Shown one piece after another: positions 60,255 through 64,000 of a stretch of 64,000 bases of DNA. The translations under genes and the position numbers were made by a program. The DNA comes from Sminthopsis crassicaudata (taxonomy: Eukaryota). The DNA lies in contig NC_133617.1 of assembly GCF_048593235.1 (NCBI RefSeq), forward strand, positions 743,174,958 to 743,238,957, read 5' to 3'. The notes below the pieces were generated by a model. The model did not search any database and was not told the DNA's origin. It was given only the letters and a program-made list of their open reading frames with translations. How positions within the stretch are numbered: the first letter of the stretch is position 1; each line of letters opens with the position of its first letter.

Positions 60255-60455
60255 GGCCGTGACTGACTCTTGGTGACCCCTTTGGGGTTTTCTTGGCAAA
60301 GACCCCGGAGTGGTTTGCATTTTCCTTTTCCAGATGATTTTCCAGATGAGAAAAAGGAGAAAACCCTTCCTGGGATTTCCCCCAGCTAGGAAGTGTCTGA
60401 GAACTCAGGAAGAGGAGCCTTTCTGAGTCCAGGTCCAGCTCTTTCCATTGCGCCA
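60255..60455 (-). mobile_element. MAR1-type marsupial SINE
   Basis: TGACCCCTTTGGGGTTTTCTTGGCAAAGACCCCGGAGTGGTTTGCATTTTCCTTTTCCAG. Confidence 0.65.
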
Positions 60456-62529
60456 CAGAGATGCCCAGATTATGTCAACTCTAAACAGGAAGGAGGAAGG
60501 GATGAAGATGAGAAGGCACCATTGTACCCACCAAAGAGCCACCTATAGAGAGGCACTGTACTGGGGCCAAATGGAAGCAGTGCTGGAGAGGTTGACGTCC
60601 CAGCTCCTCTGACTTGTGAGATCCCAGCTAAGTCCCTCACCCTTGGAGGCTCCGTTTGCTCCTCTGGGAAGCGAGGGGTTTGGTTTGGAAGTCCTCCAAC
60701 TGCCGCCCAACCCTAACCCTGCTAAAAGCCAATCTTCCCTTTGGCACAGTGGGAAATGGGAGGACAAGGGAGCACAGGCATCCGGCTCACTCTGGGGAAG
60801 TCACATCAATCAGCCATGAGGGCCCCCAGGACATGGATGATGGAAGGAAGGTGAAAATTGTAGGGACCAACTATAGACAGGCCCCAATCTTCTCCAGGGG
60901 AGGGAAAGCCAGCTCCCTGTTGCCTTAGGTGCCTGGAAGCCCCGGGACGGCTTCCCCTCATTTTTCTTTGTACCCACACCCAGCACAGTCTTGAGCATGG
61001 AAAATACTGAATTAAAACTGAAATAAATCGGATTAACCAGAGCCTGGCAGTGACGAGAAATGGGACCCCCTGCCTACAACGAATGAGGGGTCAATGGGAC
61101 AAACTGCAAGGCAACATAGAACGCTCAGCTTAAAGAAATGGGAGAGAAATAAAGCACACCTAGATAACTGACATTAAATAACCAGCCTCAGAATCACCAA
61201 AGCCTCTTATCAAGTCCGTTCTTCCAACTTCCTGCCGACATTTTCCCCAAGATCAGAAAATGGTAAACTACACAAAATCACCCACCAGCCGGAGCTGTTA
61301 ACCTCATGTCTATGAACTTGTTCTTTAAAAATCTTGTGAAAATTGTACTTCAATAAACTGGTCCTGTTTGCAACGCTCTATTTTATTTTGTGCATTTGAA
61401 ATGTATTATTCTGAGAGAGCTTCACCTAATGCCACCAAAAGGAGCCTGAGAAAGGTGAATCCCCCGGCCCTTTCCTGTGACAGAGGATGGAGGGCCACTG
61501 GGGGCAAAACCACAAGGAGAACCTGGGCTTCCCGGTTCCCTGCTCCAGGGTTCCCTCCACTAGCCCCAGTCCCACTCAGCTGCAGCTCCCAGCCCCCAGG
61601 CCATGCCCAGGAGAGACCACAGCCCAGGAGAGACCACAGCCCCGGCCAGACTCTTGAAATCATACCGAAGGCTCGGCTGCTCCGGGACTCTCATACATCA
61701 GAGGCCACACAAATAAATACACATGGGTCAGAGTGTGGAGGGGGGGGGGACGCGACCCTCAGGGCAGGAGCCAGCTCCTCTCTGTCTGCCCCAGCAAGAA
61801 AGCAGATCGAATTACCAGGCTTCCCACAGAGTTTTGAAATCCAGAAGTTTTCTTTTGGTTCAAGGAAAGGGCAGCCCTCTCCCCAGCCTCCATGATCAGG
61901 GGGCAGTGTTTTAAGCCAGCCTCTCCCTGGCCTCCAATGACCAGAGGGCAGTACTTTAAGCCAGCCTTCTCCTACCCAGGTATCACAAGCTAAATGTGCA
62001 GTTTGTTGCTGTGATCGGTGTTCCCACCTGTTTCCATCCTCTGAAAACCTTCCCTTTTAATGCCCCCCTCCATGACTTTGCAGGCCGGCTCCCCGTCCAT
62101 CCTCACTTCTTCCTCTTAAGATAAAGCCCAAGCTCCCTTGCAGAGTACGGCTCTGTGGTGGGCGCCAAATGTCCTTCTCAGCTTGAGGGTCCATAATAAG
62201 CAGCCTCCCTCACTGCAGCCTCAGACTTGGGACTGAAAGGGACCTCAGAGGCCGGCCAGGCGAGACATGAAATCCCTGGAGTTCTGTCCCAGACCGACTC
62301 TGAAATGTACTGTTTGAGTAAGACCTGAGTGTCCAAAACAAACATCGTCTCCTCTCCCCTGACCAGGCTGGGTCAAATGTGCTCCATCTGGCAACCTTTG
62401 GGCCACTGGTTCCCAGCCTGCTTGTCCAGAACGTGCCAGGCCTTCAAGGCACAAGCTGCTGGCCAGGCTTTCTGGCCACTTGGGAAGACCGGAGCATATT
62501 AGTCGTTTTTTTCCCTTGGGGCCGCCCCA

Positions 62530-62878
62530 TGTACAAGGTTCTGGGGCTGTTCTCCACAGGGGATGCTGAAGCTTCCCAGCTTCCAGATGATGTGACTATT
62601 GGCAAAATCATCCTGTGATTTCTTAACTCTCTGAACTCCTCACAGCCCTAGCCATTGAGTCAGCCAGAACCAGAGCCTGATGTCCCTGGGCCCATTTAGA
62701 ACTGTACAAGGTTCTGGGGCTGTTCTCCACAGGGGATGCTGAAGCTTCCCAGCTTCCAGATGATGTGACTATTGGCAAAATCGTCCTGCAATTTCTTAAC
62801 TCTCCGAACTCCTTGTTGTCCTTCCCACCAACTCAGCGAGAACCAGAGCCTGATGTCCCCCGGACCGCCTAGAACTGT
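62530..62878. repeat. 173-bp tandem duplication
   Basis: TGTACAAGGTTCTGGGGCTG...GGCAAAATC at 62530 and 62703; CAGC.AGAACCAGAGCCTGATGTCCC at 62661 and 62834. Confidence 0.93.
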
Positions 62879-63754
62879 GCAGTTTAGACTTGCCTCTATT
62901 CTCTCCCTAAGAGAAAGAGAAATGGGAAGGAGAGAGCGGGAAGGCAAGGGAGAAGGGAAGAGTCACTTGGGATGAGACTTCTATTTTAGTTCAATCTCTC
63001 CTGCCTTCATTCTGTGCCCACCACATGCCAGGCTCTGTGCTGGGCAATGGGGACATGAAGAAAAGTCACAGATCCCAATGGGGGTGCATGGGGAGGTCAG
63101 GGAGGAGCAGCAGCTCTGGGGGGCGCTGCTCATCCACCTTCCCCCAACCTTCCCCCATGGCTTCAAGAAGCCATAGCACACACGGCGGCCACAGCCTGGG
63201 TCACCATGTGGGAAAACCGGGCAAAGGGTAGCCGAGGAACTTCCAAATGGTCCGGGGGATTTGTTTCAAAGAGGTCGGAAGGGAGGGAATTGGACTCAAG
63301 TCAGCCAGGCTGCCCAAAGACCTCAAGCTTCCAGAGCCATCAAAGGCCAGGGCAGGACAAAATTCAGGTAACGGCCCGAGGCCTTGGATGTCTGGCCAGC
63401 CTCTCAGTGCTCCTTAGCACCTGCCTCAGCTGCCATCAGGGCCCATGGAACGGATCCTTCTCATCCACAGGGGAAAGCCTTCACGTGCTTGGGATCGACA
63501 CCCCCAGAGCACTTGGATACCCATGGGTAACCCTTAACCTAGGTGAGCTGAGAGGGCTTACTGGTGAGCATGCTGCAGCTTCTTGGAAACATGGACACTA
63601 AGTCTACTGTTGTGCTCCCACTTGCTTTAGCTCCTTAAACATCAGAACTTTAAAGAAACTCAAGGACTAGAAGAGCCTAGACTTTATGATCACTCTTCTC
63701 CTGCCATATTTTTTCTTCACAAGATGATCTTTTTTAAAAAGTCCCATTTAACAT

Positions 63755-63915
63755 ATATCTTTAACACATTTAACGTATATTAGATTACTTGCCATCTAGA
63801 AAAGGGGGTGGAGGAAAGGAGCAGGAAATTTGGAACACAAGGTTTTGCGAGGGTCAATGTTGAAAAATTATCCGTGAATATTTTTTTTTAAATAAAAAGC
63901 TTTAATTTTTAAAAA
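63755..63915 (+). mobile_element. L1 3'-end fragment
   Basis: GATTACTTGCCATCTAG...TTTGGAACACAAGGTTTTGC...AATAAAAAGC. Confidence 0.75.
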
Positions 63916-64000
63916 TCCCATTTGGCCTGGACGTTGGTCATGGCCCAAGCCAAGGCCTGGAGGCACTGCCCAAAGAGTGTCACCTTGGCCAGGAACTTCA

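Noticed and set aside
61290-61420. AATAAA with a U-rich downstream element suggesting a neighbouring gene's 3' end (for example GOLGA4)
   Set aside because: No associated exon or coding sequence was recognised, and such hexamers are common in AT-rich DNA.

Overview
Eukaryotic genomic DNA, very probably from an Australian marsupial (dasyurid-like). The evidence is a WSINE1-type SINE, MAR1 SINEs, marsupial L1 3' ends and an OC1-type hAT MITE. The window holds the 5' part of ITGA9 (integrin alpha-9) on the minus strand. I reconstructed coding exons 1-10 by hand (173, 128, 107, 124, 68, 130, 86, 69, 138 and 106 nt). All have GT-AG introns and consistent phases, giving 376 codons: a signal peptide plus most of the 7-bladed beta-propeller. 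The gene continues beyond position 1. A CpG-island promoter lies at about 50.8-52.4 kb, followed by about 11.5 kb of upstream intergenic DNA. The introns carry a ~5.8 kb CpG-containing minisatellite with higher-order repeats, a 22-bp two-variant minisatellite, several small tandem duplications, long polypurine tracts and a 142-N assembly gap. A solo LTR with an intact 5-bp target-site duplication sits upstream in the same inferred orientation as the gene. Old transposon copies in the GC-rich part of the window show AT-to-GC drift. I found no convincing wholly new protein-coding system; the other ORFs in the track look like GC-rich or repeat artefacts. The best leads are regulatory, splicing and evolutionary.
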